Virus record (IMG/VR): IMGVR_UViG_3300043446_001144
Location: 13,010 to 77,009 of that record
Direction: 5' to 3' (one strand)
Source of the DNA: a virus
DNA length: 64,000 nucleotides
Positions 37,789 to 47,441 of this stretch are shown here, piece after piece. Made by a program: the position numbers and the translations under genes. A model generated the notes under the pieces. It worked only from the letters and a program-made list of their open reading frames with translations. It was not told where the DNA came from and did no database searches. Each line of letters opens with the position of its first letter. The first letter of the stretch is position 1.

Positions 37789-40700
37789 TATAAGGTGTAT
37801 AACCATCGATAGTTTCAGAGAGTGCGTTAAAACTAAACGCATTTAAAACTGCAGAGGCTATACGAGGCGTACCATCCCTTGCAGCAATAAACAAACCTCC
37901 ACCGCTAGCAATACCTCGTATTGTACTTGTTCCAAATGTAGCAACATTAGTTACCCAAGTAATACCGTCTGTAGAAGTCTTTAATGCTCCAGCAGAACCA
38001 CCTGCAACCCATAAGTTATTACCATAAGACAGTGCAGGTAAGGAATTAACACTAGCACTAAAAGAAGTTTGAACAGACCAATCAAGAGACTTAGAACTTA
38101 CGTTTATACTTCCACCAGTACCTCCTGCTACGTAGATTCCGTTACCATACACACCCGCACCCAACCCACCAGAAAGGCCATTGGTAGTACGCGTAGTCCA
38201 AGTAACTGCATCAGTGGAGGTTTTTAAAAGACCAGTATTTGGTCCAGCAATTATCCAGAGGTTATTTGCGTAATCTAGTAAGTTAACGGTACTCATACCG
38301 GCGCTCTGCGTAACCCAGGTAATACCATCAGTAGATGTTCGTACAGCATTAGCACCACCTGCAACCCATAGGTTATTCCCATAGGCTACGTTGGTTATTG
38401 CTGTAGTACCAAAATTTGAGGTTCTTGTAGTCCAGGTAACTCCGTCAGTAGATGTCCGGAGAGTCCCTCCAACACCGCCAGCCACCCATAGATTGTTTCC
38501 ATAGGCTACTGCGTTTATGTCAGAAGTACCGAAGTTTGACGTTTGTGTGGCCCAGGTAATGCCGTCAGTAGAAGTTCTGAGAGTCCCTCCAACACCGCCA
38601 GCCACCCATAGGTTATTTCCGTAAGCGACTTCGTTTATTATTGAAGTACCAAAATTTGACGTTTGTGTAGTCCAGGTTACTGTATCAGTAGAGGTTCTGA
38701 TGCCTCCAGCAGAACCGCCTGCAACCCATAAGTTATTGCCATAGGCTATAGAGTTTATTGATGTAAGACCAAAATTTGAGGTCTGAGTAGTCCAGGTAAG
38801 TCCATCAGTAGATGTTTTGAGAATTCCATTAGAAACACCTACTCCTACAAAAGTCCCATTACCGTAAGCAAGTGAGGCTATACTTGTGGTGCCCCAATTA
38901 CTATAGACATAGTTCCATGTAGTGCCAAAATCTGAAAGAATTGCACTACTAGATTTGTATACTCTTGGAGTTGTATTAATCATGAAAGTTTGATTACCAT
39001 ACTTAACTACCTCATTAGCAACATTTGTTAGAGGAGTTCCTTGGAAATACCAGTTTAAACTTTTAGCGGTTGTTCTAATAACACCAGATTCACCTACTGA
39101 AACAAAAAACTTATCTACATAAGTAAGATAATTAATAGTATTAGTAATTGACAATAGGTTTGCTGACTGCGTAGTCCAGGTAACTCCGTCAGTGGAGGTT
39201 CTTACTGTTCCAAATTGTCCAGCGGCTACCCATAGATTATCTCCATAGGCTACTGAGTTTATGGTAGTAGCACCGAAATTTGAAGTTTGTGTAGTCCAAG
39301 TAATGCCATCAGTGGAAGTTCTTAAAGTTCCTCCAACACCGGCTGCAACCCATAGGTTATTTCCATAGGCTATTGCGTTTATGGTAGTAGAACCAAAATT
39401 TGAGGTCTGTGTAGTCCAAGTAATTGCATCAGTAGATGTCCGGAGAGTTCCGCTATTACCGCCTGCAATCCATAGGTTATTGCCATAGGCTATAGAACGA
39501 ACGTTTGTAGCACCAAAGTTTGACGTTTGTGTAGTCCAAGTAATGCCGTCAGTAGAGGTTCTGATAGTTCCGGCAGAACCTCCTGCAACCCATAGGTTAT
39601 TTGCGTAGGTTACTGTGTTTATTATTGAAGTACCAAAGGTTGATGTTTGTGTAGCCCAGGTAACTGCATCAGTGGAAGTTCTTAAAGTTCCAGAATTACC
39701 AACCGCAACCCATAGATTATTTCCATAGGCTACTGCGTTTAGGGTAGCAGTAGTATTTGACGTTTGTGTAGCCCATGTTGTAACAGTAGTGGTAGTTCTG
39801 AGAGTTCCATTATCACCAACTGCAACTAGAGTTCCATTGCCATAGGCCACTGCATTTAGATTAGTAGTAGTAGTATTTGAAGTCTGCGTGGCCCAGATAA
39901 CTCCAGGGTCGCTATATGTGTTGTCACTTATACTTATTGCTCCGCTGTTGCCAACTGCTACCCAAATATTATTGCCAAAAGAAATATCGTTGATAGTAGT
40001 AGACAATATAGGCGCTTGTGGAATCCATGTGGTTACACTATTTAAGTCGGACATAGATGCAGCAGTTGTCGAAGGTCCTGCTACAAACACTCTTCCAGCA
40101 CCATCAGATTCCATTGCTGTTAAAGATGTTCCATAACCTGTTCTAGTTATCCATTTAGGAGAAGTAGAATTTGAAACTCTTATTATTCCACCAGTACCAA
40201 CTGTTACAAAAAGACCATTACCGTAGGCTATGGATGATACGGTTGAAGAAAAATTTGAGGTTTGTGTAGTCCAGGTAATTCCGTCAGTGGAAGTTCTCAC
40301 TGTTCCGCTTACACCAACCGCAACCCATATATTACTTCCATAGGCTACTGCGCTTATGTTAGAGGTACCAAAATTTGAGGTTTGAGTAGCCCAGGTAATG
40401 CCGTCAGTGGAAGTTCTGAGAGTTCCAGCATTGCCGCCAGCCACCCACAGGTTATTTCCATAGGCTACTGTGCTTATTGCTGTAGTACCAAAATTTGACG
40501 TTCTTGTAGTCCAAGTAACTCCATCAGTGGAAGTTCTTAGAGTTCCAGAAGAACCAACCGCTACCCATAAGTTATTTGCGTAGGCTACTGCATATAGACT
40601 CTGTGAACCAAAGTTTGACGTTTGTGTAGCCCAAGTAACCCCGTCAGTAGAAGTCCTTAAAGTTCCAGCAGAACCGCCTGCAACCCATAAGTTATTGCCA

Positions 40701-41434
40701 TAGGCTATAGAACGAATGGTTGTAGCACCAAAGTTTGACGTTTGTGTGGCCCAGGTCACTGTATCAGTAGAGGTTCTTAGAGTTCCATTAAGACCAACTG
40801 CTACCCATAGATTATTTGCGTAGGCTACCGCGTGTATGTCAGAAGTACCGAAGTTTGACGTTTGTGTAGCCCAAGTAATGCCGTCAGTAGAAGTTCTTAA
40901 AGTTCCGGTTAAACCAACCGCCACCCATAAGTTATTTCCATAGGCTACGCTTGAATTTGCTACTCCTGCAACTCCAAAGTTATTTGTAGTGTTAGATTCA
41001 CGTGGTAACCATGCAGTTCCTATATCTGCTGCTGCTGTACCATCCCATGTGTTAAATGAACCTGTTATCCAAGAGTTATTTGCATAAAGTATTTTAGAAC
41101 TAGTAGATTTCAACGAACTTAAAGACCATACACCTGTTGAAGTATTGTAGAAATCTACAGTCGAGAATGTAGAAGAAATTAACCCAAATAAACCATTACC
41201 ATAGGCTACTGCGTTAGTTGCAGTTACTCCATTACTGGGTTGAGTAGCCCATACAAGAGCGTTAGATTTTCCTAATTTTTTACCTAATGCGCTTTTAGAG
41301 TTCACGAGTACATTTGAATTAGCGGCAATCCATTCAGGTCCTGGACTATCTAATGTAGATTTTACATATACAACATCTCCTATGTTGTATACATTAGATG
41401 AATTTGGTTCGTTCTTAAACAGCCCTTTGTTCAT
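37775..41434 (-). CDS. Large beta-propeller adhesin/fibre tip (28 BNR-like blades) within a collar-like domain
   Basis: 40-aa units WxTQTSNFG...AYGNNLWVAxG..GTLRTSTDGxT. Confidence 0.85.
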   Translation of the reverse strand: MNKGLFKNEPNSSNVYNIGDVVYVKSTLDSPGPEWIAANSNVLVNSKSALGKKLGKSNALVWATQPSNGVTATNAVAYGNGLFGLISSTFSTVDFYNTSTGVWSLSSLKSTSSKILYANNSWITGSFNTWDGTAAADIGTAWLPRESNTTNNFGVAGVANSSVAYGNNLWVAVGLTGTLRTSTDGITWATQTSNFGTSDIHAVAYANNLWVAVGLNGTLRTSTDTVTWATQTSNFGATTIRSIAYGNNLWVAGGSAGTLRTSTDGVTWATQTSNFGSQSLYAVAYANNLWVAVGSSGTLRTSTDGVTWTTRTSNFGTTAISTVAYGNNLWVAGGNAGTLRTSTDGITWATQTSNFGTSNISAVAYGSNIWVAVGVSGTVRTSTDGITWTTQTSNFSSTVSSIAYGNGLFVTVGTGGIIRVSNSTSPKWITRTGYGTSLTAMESDGAGRVFVAGPSTTAASMSDLNSVTTWIPQAPILSTTINDISFGNNIWVAVGNSGAISISDNTYSDPGVIWATQTSNTTTTNLNAVAYGNGTLVAVGDNGTLRTTTTVTTWATQTSNTTATLNAVAYGNNLWVAVGNSGTLRTSTDAVTWATQTSTFGTSIINTVTYANNLWVAGGSAGTIRTSTDGITWTTQTSNFGATNVRSIAYGNNLWIAGGNSGTLRTSTDAITWTTQTSNFGSTTINAIAYGNNLWVAAGVGGTLRTSTDGITWTTQTSNFGATTINSVAYGDNLWVAAGQFGTVRTSTDGVTWTTQSANLLSITNTINYLTYVDKFFVSVGESGVIRTTAKSLNWYFQGTPLTNVANEVVKYGNQTFMINTTPRVYKSSSAILSDFGTTWNYVYSNWGTTSIASLAYGNGTFVGVGVSNGILKTSTDGLTWTTQTSNFGLTSINSIAYGNNLWVAGGSAGGIRTSTDTVTWTTQTSNFGTSIINEVAYGNNLWVAGGVGGTLRTSTDGITWATQTSNFGTSDINAVAYGNNLWVAGGVGGTLRTSTDGVTWTTRTSNFGTTAITNVAYGNNLWVAGGANAVRTSTDGITWVTQSAGMSTVNLLDYANNLWIIAGPNTGLLKTSTDAVTWTTRTTNGLSGGLGAGVYGNGIYVAGGTGGSINVSSKSLDWSVQTSFSASVNSLPALSYGNNLWVAGGSAGALKTSTDGITWVTNVATFGTSTIRGIASGGGLFIAARDGTPRIASAVLNAFSFNALSETIDGYTPYIRAY

Positions 41435-43400
41435 TGTTTAATCCATCCCCATATGTTATTTCCTAAGTCTAAATTAGGAAGAGAATTAGGAGATACCTTT
41501 ATTAGTCCAATATTAGTAACAACAACCCATAGGTTATTTCCATACGCTATTCCATTATAACTATCAGTTGGTAAAGTGCCTAGATTAAGGGCATACCATG
41601 TCGTGTAATCGGGTGAAACCTTGCCGCCTGCAACGTCAACGCACAACGCCATTGCTTTATTTCCATATAATATTCCTTCAGTTATAGAATTAATGCCATA
41701 ACCAGTACCAAGATTTGACGTTTGTGTAGCCCAAGTAACTCCATCAGTAGAGGTTCTGAGAGTTCCTGCGGTACCGCCTGCAAACCATAGATTATTTCCA
41801 TAGGCTATTGCGGTTATGTTTGTAGAACCAAAGTTTGACGTTCTTGTAGTCCAAGTAATTGCATCAGTAGATGTCCGGAGAGTTCCAGCAGAACCGCCTG
41901 CTACCCACAGATTATTTCCATAGGCTACTGAGAGTATTGCTGTAGTACCAAAGTTTGACGTTTGAGTAGTCCAGGTAATTGCATCAGTAGATGTCCGGAG
42001 AGTTCCGCTATTACCGCCTGCAACCCATAGGTTATTGCCATAGGCTATTGCGTTTATGGAATTAGAGGTATTCGGATTTCTTGTGGTCCAGGTAATACTA
42101 TCAGTGGAGGTTCTTAAAGTTCCGTTATTACCAACCGCAACCCACAAGTTATTTCCATAGGCTACTTCATTCAGGACATTATTAGTATTTGGTGTTTGTG
42201 TAGCCCAAATAAGGCCATCAGTAGAAGTTCTGATAGTTGCGCTATTACCAACTGCTACAAAGAGACCGTCTCCATAGGCCACTGAGTTTAGGCTAACAGT
42301 AGTATTAGAAGTTGCAGTAGTCCATATATAAGGATATCCCGCATAGTAGAGAGTATTACCGGGATAAACTGCAGTTCCATTAGCCTTTACCCAATTGTCA
42401 CCAGGTTTATCGATTCCAAATTTAATTTCCCCACGATTAAACTGGGTATTGTGTAATGAACGAAGGCCTTTATTCATGAAAACCTACCATAAATTTTTGG
42501 AAGTTCATCATATGATGCTTTTAACTGTACAGGGTATACGCTTTGTTGAGCGTTTGCAGAGGTTGTAGATGTAGTCTTCATTGCTCCCGAAGTGCCAACC
42601 ATTACCCATAGATTATTACCATAGAAAATACTAGTAGGATTAATTAAATTAATTGATATGTTAGATGGTTGTGTAGTCCAGTTTACGCCATCAGTAGACG
42701 TTCGTATATTTTCGGCGTTTCCTATCGCTATCCATAGGTTATTTCCATAGGCTATTGCGTTTATGGTAAAAGAACCAAAATTTGACGTTTGTGTAGTCCA
42801 AGTAATTGCATCAGTAGAAGTCCGGAGAGTCCCTCCAACACCGCCAGCCACCCATAGGTTATTTCCATAGGCTATAGAGGATATGTTTGTAGAACCAAAA
42901 TTTGACGTTCTTGAAGTCCAGGTAACTCCGTCAGTGGAGGTTCTTACGACTCCGACAGAACCTCCTGCAACCCATAGATTACTTCCATAGGCTACTGCGT
43001 TTATGCTAGCAGTAGTACTAACTGATTGTGTAGCCCAAGTAACTCCGTCAGTAGAGGTTCTTAAAGTTCCGTTACTACCTCCTGCAACCCACAGATTATT
43101 CCCGTAGGCTACTGCGGTTATATTTGTAGTACCAAAGGTTGATGTTTGTGTAGCCCATGTAATCCCGTCAGTAGAGGTTCTTAAAGTTCCTGCGACACCG
43201 CCAGCCACCCATAGGTTATTGCCATAGGCTATTGCGTTTATTGCTGTAGTACCAAAATTTGAGGTCTGTGTAGTCCAGGTAATGCCATCAGTAGAAGTCC
43301 GGAGAGTTCCTGCGGCACCGCCAGCCACCCATAGGTTATTTCCATAGGCTATAGAGTTTATATTTGTAGTACCAAAATTTGACGTTTGTGTAGTCCAGGT
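37900..43400 (-). repeat. About 120-bp coding repeat family across three genes
   Basis: ccataggct recurs at 117-120 nt spacing. Confidence 0.92.
41431..42477 (-). CDS. 7-bladed beta-propeller fibre-tip paralog
   Basis: Seven units counted; MNKGL N-terminus. Confidence 0.85.
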   Translation of the reverse strand: MNKGLRSLHNTQFNRGEIKFGIDKPGDNWVKANGTAVYPGNTLYYAGYPYIWTTATSNTTVSLNSVAYGDGLFVAVGNSATIRTSTDGLIWATQTPNTNNVLNEVAYGNNLWVAVGNNGTLRTSTDSITWTTRNPNTSNSINAIAYGNNLWVAGGNSGTLRTSTDAITWTTQTSNFGTTAILSVAYGNNLWVAGGSAGTLRTSTDAITWTTRTSNFGSTNITAIAYGNNLWFAGGTAGTLRTSTDGVTWATQTSNLGTGYGINSITEGILYGNKAMALCVDVAGGKVSPDYTTWYALNLGTLPTDSYNGIAYGNNLWVVVTNIGLIKVSPNSLPNLDLGNNIWGWIKQ

Positions 43401-43607
43401 AAGAATACGTTCTGCAGTGTAGATGCTTGGTAACGAATTTACAACAAAAGGATTTGATAAAGTATTTTTTAGTGAATTACTAGGAGAATTTATACCGTAA
43501 GCAAATAGCCTTAAAACACCGCCCTTAGTTGAGTCCAAAAATAATGAATTAGACTGGTCCTCATTAGTGTTGGGCTTTCGTGAACTTCCAAATGTGCCCC
43601 TGTTCAA
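42474..43607 (-). CDS. 7-bladed beta-propeller fibre-tip paralog
   Basis: Seven units counted; MNRGT N-terminus (TTG start). Confidence 0.85.
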   Translation of the reverse strand: MNRGTFGSSRKPNTNEDQSNSLFLDSTKGGVLRLFAYGINSPSNSLKNTLSNPFVVNSLPSIYTAERILTWTTQTSNFGTTNINSIAYGNNLWVAGGAAGTLRTSTDGITWTTQTSNFGTTAINAIAYGNNLWVAGGVAGTLRTSTDGITWATQTSTFGTTNITAVAYGNNLWVAGGSNGTLRTSTDGVTWATQSVSTTASINAVAYGSNLWVAGGSVGVVRTSTDGVTWTSRTSNFGSTNISSIAYGNNLWVAGGVGGTLRTSTDAITWTTQTSNFGSFTINAIAYGNNLWIAIGNAENIRTSTDGVNWTTQPSNISINLINPTSIFYGNNLWVMVGTSGAMKTTSTTSANAQQSVYPVQLKASYDELPKIYGRFS

Positions 43608-43609
43608 AG

Positions 43610-43990
43610 TTAGAAGTCTCCACCAAAAGCAATTACATGATAGGTTTCAGCGTTATTTGTAGTAACGCGAAGAGATGAGCCTGAAGGTAACACGAGTGAG
43701 TTAAAAGTAATTGCGGTAGAAAAAGAACTAATTGATGCGCTTGGAGTAGTTGCAGTAATGGCTACCTCTTGAAGAAGAAAGTAAGTTGAACCATCATAGA
43801 TAAAAAGTCGCACTACATTAGCAGTCGATGTTCCTGCTGCAGTGATGTCAACCTCATCAATTCGGCTACCACTTGCACCTGCGGTGAATAGTGTTCCTAC
43901 GCTTGTAGGAGCAGTTCTAGACGTGTCAGCAGATGATATAGATACAGCCGAGCAACGTGGGGTTGCTGCAAAATTTGGTGTCGTTGCCAT
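43610..43990 (-). CDS. Small beta-sandwich fibre adaptor
   Basis: GASGSRID, VVRLF, LVLPSGSSL...GGDF; between collagen and propellers. Confidence 0.65.
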   Translation of the reverse strand: MATTPNFAATPRCSAVSISSADTSRTAPTSVGTLFTAGASGSRIDEVDITAAGTSTANVVRLFIYDGSTYFLLQEVAITATTPSASISSFSTAITFNSLVLPSGSSLRVTTNNAETYHVIAFGGDF

Positions 43991-44002
43991 ATATTTCCTT
44001 TG

Positions 44003-46267
44003 TTATCTGAATATAAATGATTGTACCAGCGTATCTGCTGGTACATTGGGGATTAGTCCTTGAGTTCCTTGAAGTCCTTGAGTACCAGTTGTACCTTGAT
44101 TTCCCAAAGTACCCTGAACGCCTTGAGTTCCAACTGTTCCTTGAGAACCGATAAAGCCTTGATTTCCAGTAGTGCCCTGAACACCTGTGGTTCCTTGAGT
44201 ACCCTGTGCTCCTGTATCTCCAGTTATTCCTATAGTACCTTGGGAACCAGTAACTCCTTGAGTTCCTTGAAGTCCTTGAGTACCAGTTGTACCTTGATTT
44301 CCGTCTAATCCTTGAATTCCTTGTGTTCCTTGCGTACCAGTCGTTCCCTGCGTACCAACTGTTCCTTGGGCTCCTGTAGTTCCTTGATGACCAGTCGTGC
44401 CTTGAGTTCCTTGTGCACCCTCAGTCCCTTGAGCGCCTGTTAATCCTTGAGTACCGGTAGTGCCTTGTGTTCCCGTAGTTCCTTGTATACCAGTCTCTCC
44501 TTGTAATCCAAGTGTTCCTTGAGTACCTTGCGTACCAGTGGAACCGGTTGCACCAGTTGCTCCTTGGGCTCCTGTCTGTCCTTGAGCACCCTCAGTTCCT
44601 TGCGCACCTGTTAATCCGTCTGTTCCTTGTATGCCGGTTGTTCCTTGAGAGCCTGTTGTTCCTTGAGAGCCTGTTGTTCCTTGAATTCCAGTAGTTCCTT
44701 GTGCACCCTCAGTCCCTTGAGCGCCTGTTAATCCTTGAGTACCAGTTGTACCTTGTGTTCCCGTAGTTCCTTGTATACCGGTTGTACCCTGAGAACCAGT
44801 TGTTCCTTGGGCTCCAATTGTTCCCTGTGCACCCGTTGTACCTTGAATACCAGATGCAAAAGTTATAAGTTCAATGTTTAAATCATTTGCAAATCCAGAT
44901 GTCCCTGTTCCTCCAGACGCTGACAAAGACACTGGTATTTTTACATAACTATTTGAAATTACTATTGCAGAACTAGTGACATCAAATGTTTGATAGTTAT
45001 CAGAGTCAGTTTTATCTTGAATAATAATTTGGTCATACTGTTTAATAATTGCCAAAAAGACGTCTATGTCAATCCCTAATTGTGTTAGATGGTTTACATA
45101 GATAAAAGAGGCACTAGTTTGAGAAGAATTATTCCAACGAAGATAGCCCGATGATGGCTGAGAGTCTGTTTGCGAATTAGCATCTGCTTTATAGTTGTAA
45201 TAACTAGAGGAGGTACCGCTGGCTCCAGTTACACCTTGAATGCCTTGAGTTCCAAAAGTTCCCTGAATACCTATTGTTCCTTGAGTTCCTTGAAGTCCCT
45301 GCAATCCTTGCACACCCTGCAAACCATCAGTTCCCTGAGTGCCCTGAGTACCTTGAGACCCAGTAATTCCTTGCGTACCTTGCGCTCCTGTATTTCCAAT
45401 AGCGCCTTGAGTACCCGTCTCTCCTTGAACTCCTTGAGTCCCTTGAACACCTTGAGAACCAGTAGTTCCCTGTATACCTTGATTACCAGTAGTTCCTTGT
45501 ACGCCTACTGTTCCTTGAGGCCCCTGTGTTCCCTGTAATCCTTGAAGACCTTCAGAACCAGTTATGCCTTGATGACCTTCGGTTCCTTGAACACCTTGAG
45601 TTCCTTGAGAACCAGTAGTTCCCTGAATTCCTTGAGTACCTTGTATACCAGTTAACCCTTGAACACCTTGAGTACCAGTCTCTCCTTGTACTCCATTTAA
45701 GCCTTGAGTACCAGTTGTACCCTGACGACCTTGGATTCCTTGAGTACCAGTTGTACCCTGACGACCTTGAGTTCCTTGAGCACCTGTTGTACCTGTAGTT
45801 CCTTGAGAACCAGTAGTTCCCTGACTACCCTGTGTACCATTGGCGCCTTGTGTTCCAAAAATACCTTGAGTTCCTTGGGCTCCTGTAGTTCCAAAAGTTC
45901 CTTGAGAACCAGTAGTTCCCTGAATTCCTTGAGTACCTTGAACTCCAACAGTTCCTTGTATGCCTTGAGTTCCTTGAGTTCCTTGTGCTCCTTGGATTCC
46001 TTGCGCACCCAGCGCACCCTGAGTTCCAATTGCTCCTTGAACTCCAACAGTTCCTTGTATGCCTTGAGTTCCCTGCAAACCTTGAGGGCCAAGATTTCCT
46101 TGCGTACCTTGTCGTCCCTGTATTCCTTGAGAGCCAATAGAGCCACCCTGTCCAGCACCGACTGCAACAGACAAGGGGTTAGGAATTTGAACACTTACAC
46201 TTATTTGTAAAGGTTCTCGTCCTTGTACGCCTTGTGGTCCTTGAGTACCTTGAATACCTTGTGTCAC
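44003..46267 (-). CDS. Collagen-like fibre protein interrupted by an ~125-aa globular domain
   Basis: Two long G-X-Q/G-T-T tracts flanking SSYYNYKAD...LITFAS. Confidence 0.9.
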   Translation of the reverse strand: MTQGIQGTQGPQGVQGREPLQISVSVQIPNPLSVAVGAGQGGSIGSQGIQGRQGTQGNLGPQGLQGTQGIQGTVGVQGAIGTQGALGAQGIQGAQGTQGTQGIQGTVGVQGTQGIQGTTGSQGTFGTTGAQGTQGIFGTQGANGTQGSQGTTGSQGTTGTTGAQGTQGRQGTTGTQGIQGRQGTTGTQGLNGVQGETGTQGVQGLTGIQGTQGIQGTTGSQGTQGVQGTEGHQGITGSEGLQGLQGTQGPQGTVGVQGTTGNQGIQGTTGSQGVQGTQGVQGETGTQGAIGNTGAQGTQGITGSQGTQGTQGTDGLQGVQGLQGLQGTQGTIGIQGTFGTQGIQGVTGASGTSSSYYNYKADANSQTDSQPSSGYLRWNNSSQTSASFIYVNHLTQLGIDIDVFLAIIKQYDQIIIQDKTDSDNYQTFDVTSSAIVISNSYVKIPVSLSASGGTGTSGFANDLNIELITFASGIQGTTGAQGTIGAQGTTGSQGTTGIQGTTGTQGTTGTQGLTGAQGTEGAQGTTGIQGTTGSQGTTGSQGTTGIQGTDGLTGAQGTEGAQGQTGAQGATGATGSTGTQGTQGTLGLQGETGIQGTTGTQGTTGTQGLTGAQGTEGAQGTQGTTGHQGTTGAQGTVGTQGTTGTQGTQGIQGLDGNQGTTGTQGLQGTQGVTGSQGTIGITGDTGAQGTQGTTGVQGTTGNQGFIGSQGTVGTQGVQGTLGNQGTTGTQGLQGTQGLIPNVPADTLVQSFIFR

Positions 46268-47313
46268 TGAGTTATCCCCCTAGTAACGAACACAGTGCCA
46301 CGCAAAAATGTTTGTTGGTAGTTAACATCGGATGCGGTTGTTGCTTGAATGTCCCAATAACATTTATCGGGTAGACGAGAAGTCTGCGCACTAGTTAAAG
46401 ATATGGTTAATTTGTCATTTTGACCAGCAACGTTAGTGATAGTAAACGTCGCAAGGACTGGCAAACCACCAGGTAATTGACGAATTTCTGATTTAAAGGT
46501 ATATCCAGTAACATCAAATGGGAAGTCAAGAACTGCAGAGAAAGAGTCTCCTTCATACATTGTTAAATCGTAATTAGGAACATTAGACGGAGCAAGAGTT
46601 CCTCCATAAGTTGGCATAGGAAGAGATGCACGTGTAGGAGTTGACTTGTCGTCTACTTCCATTGGTAAGAAGACAGGTACATAACGATTTGTTGTTTTTG
46701 AAACTCGACGCAAAGTAAACACGTCAACTTTAAACAGACCAATACCAAGTTGAGAGCATAGTTCTTTATATTGTTCTTTTCGTGCTTGAACCATTTGCAT
46801 CAATTGTTGAAAACGCTCAGAACGAGGTATAGTGACACCATCTGGTGCAAATACGTTGATATCAAAAGAAGCATCTGTAGCCAAGGTGTACAGCGCTAAC
46901 GATGAAGCATAAATAACTACAGGGTACTCTTCAATAGTAGGAAGATTAAGTAGAGAGGTAGAACGCCCAAAAGGGTCAGTTCTATTTGCGGAGTGTTCAG
47001 CAAAAGCGGTGGTAATAAAGTTGTTTATTTCTGAGTCAGTAAAATACCGATAATAAGTTCCAGAAACAACAATTTCATCTCCAAGAGTAGGTACCGCGTC
47101 CAAAGTGATGTATCCAGTTAATTCTTCTACGTCTGTGGTAGCAGAAACATCGACACCTTCTACAGCGACTTCTAGAGTTACCCCATCTACGGGCGCATAT
47201 GGAAGGAGAAAACGATTGGTAGAGCCATCGGCTGTAATAGAGTGGACAAAGGACTTGCCCATATCAGCAATTTCAAACCTGAGACGACTCGCTAAGTCAG
47301 ATAGAACAGCCAC
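46264..47313 (-). CDS. Neck/head-tail connector protein with C-terminal BppU-like domain
   Basis: Follows the capsid block; YFTDSEI, PDGVTIPR, YEGDSF...YWDIQ...G.V.V. Confidence 0.65.
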   Translation of the reverse strand: MAVLSDLASRLRFEIADMGKSFVHSITADGSTNRFLLPYAPVDGVTLEVAVEGVDVSATTDVEELTGYITLDAVPTLGDEIVVSGTYYRYFTDSEINNFITTAFAEHSANRTDPFGRSTSLLNLPTIEEYPVVIYASSLALYTLATDASFDINVFAPDGVTIPRSERFQQLMQMVQARKEQYKELCSQLGIGLFKVDVFTLRRVSKTTNRYVPVFLPMEVDDKSTPTRASLPMPTYGGTLAPSNVPNYDLTMYEGDSFSAVLDFPFDVTGYTFKSEIRQLPGGLPVLATFTITNVAGQNDKLTISLTSAQTSRLPDKCYWDIQATTASDVNYQQTFLRGTVFVTRGITQ

Positions 47314-47383
47314 AAGACCTCCGTTAACGTATCAAAGCCTATAATCTCGCGTAATAGCAATTTAGTAAGCACAAACATAAAAG

Positions 47384-47427
47384 GTCCGCCCCAACTGGGA
47401 GGAGGGCGGGAACCAGTTGAGGCGGAC
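47384..47427 (-). terminator. Terminator-like 15-bp hairpin with 14-nt CCUCC-containing loop
   Basis: GTCCGCCTCAACTGG-TTCCCGCCCTCCTC-CCAGTTGGGGCGGAC then CTTTTATGTTT. Confidence 0.7.
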
Positions 47428-47441
47428 TATTTTTAGACGGC

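Noticed and set aside
37900-43400. Regular ~120-bp repeats resembling a CRISPR array
   Set aside because: In-frame coding repeats with synonymous variation; no unique spacers and no cas genes
37775-43607. Diversity-generating retroelement acting on the fibre tips
   Set aside because: No reverse transcriptase in the window and no adenine-specific TR/VR pair seen
44060-46210. Ser/Leu-rich and KEL-rich ORFs over the collagen
   Set aside because: Frame and antisense artefacts of G-X-Q repeats
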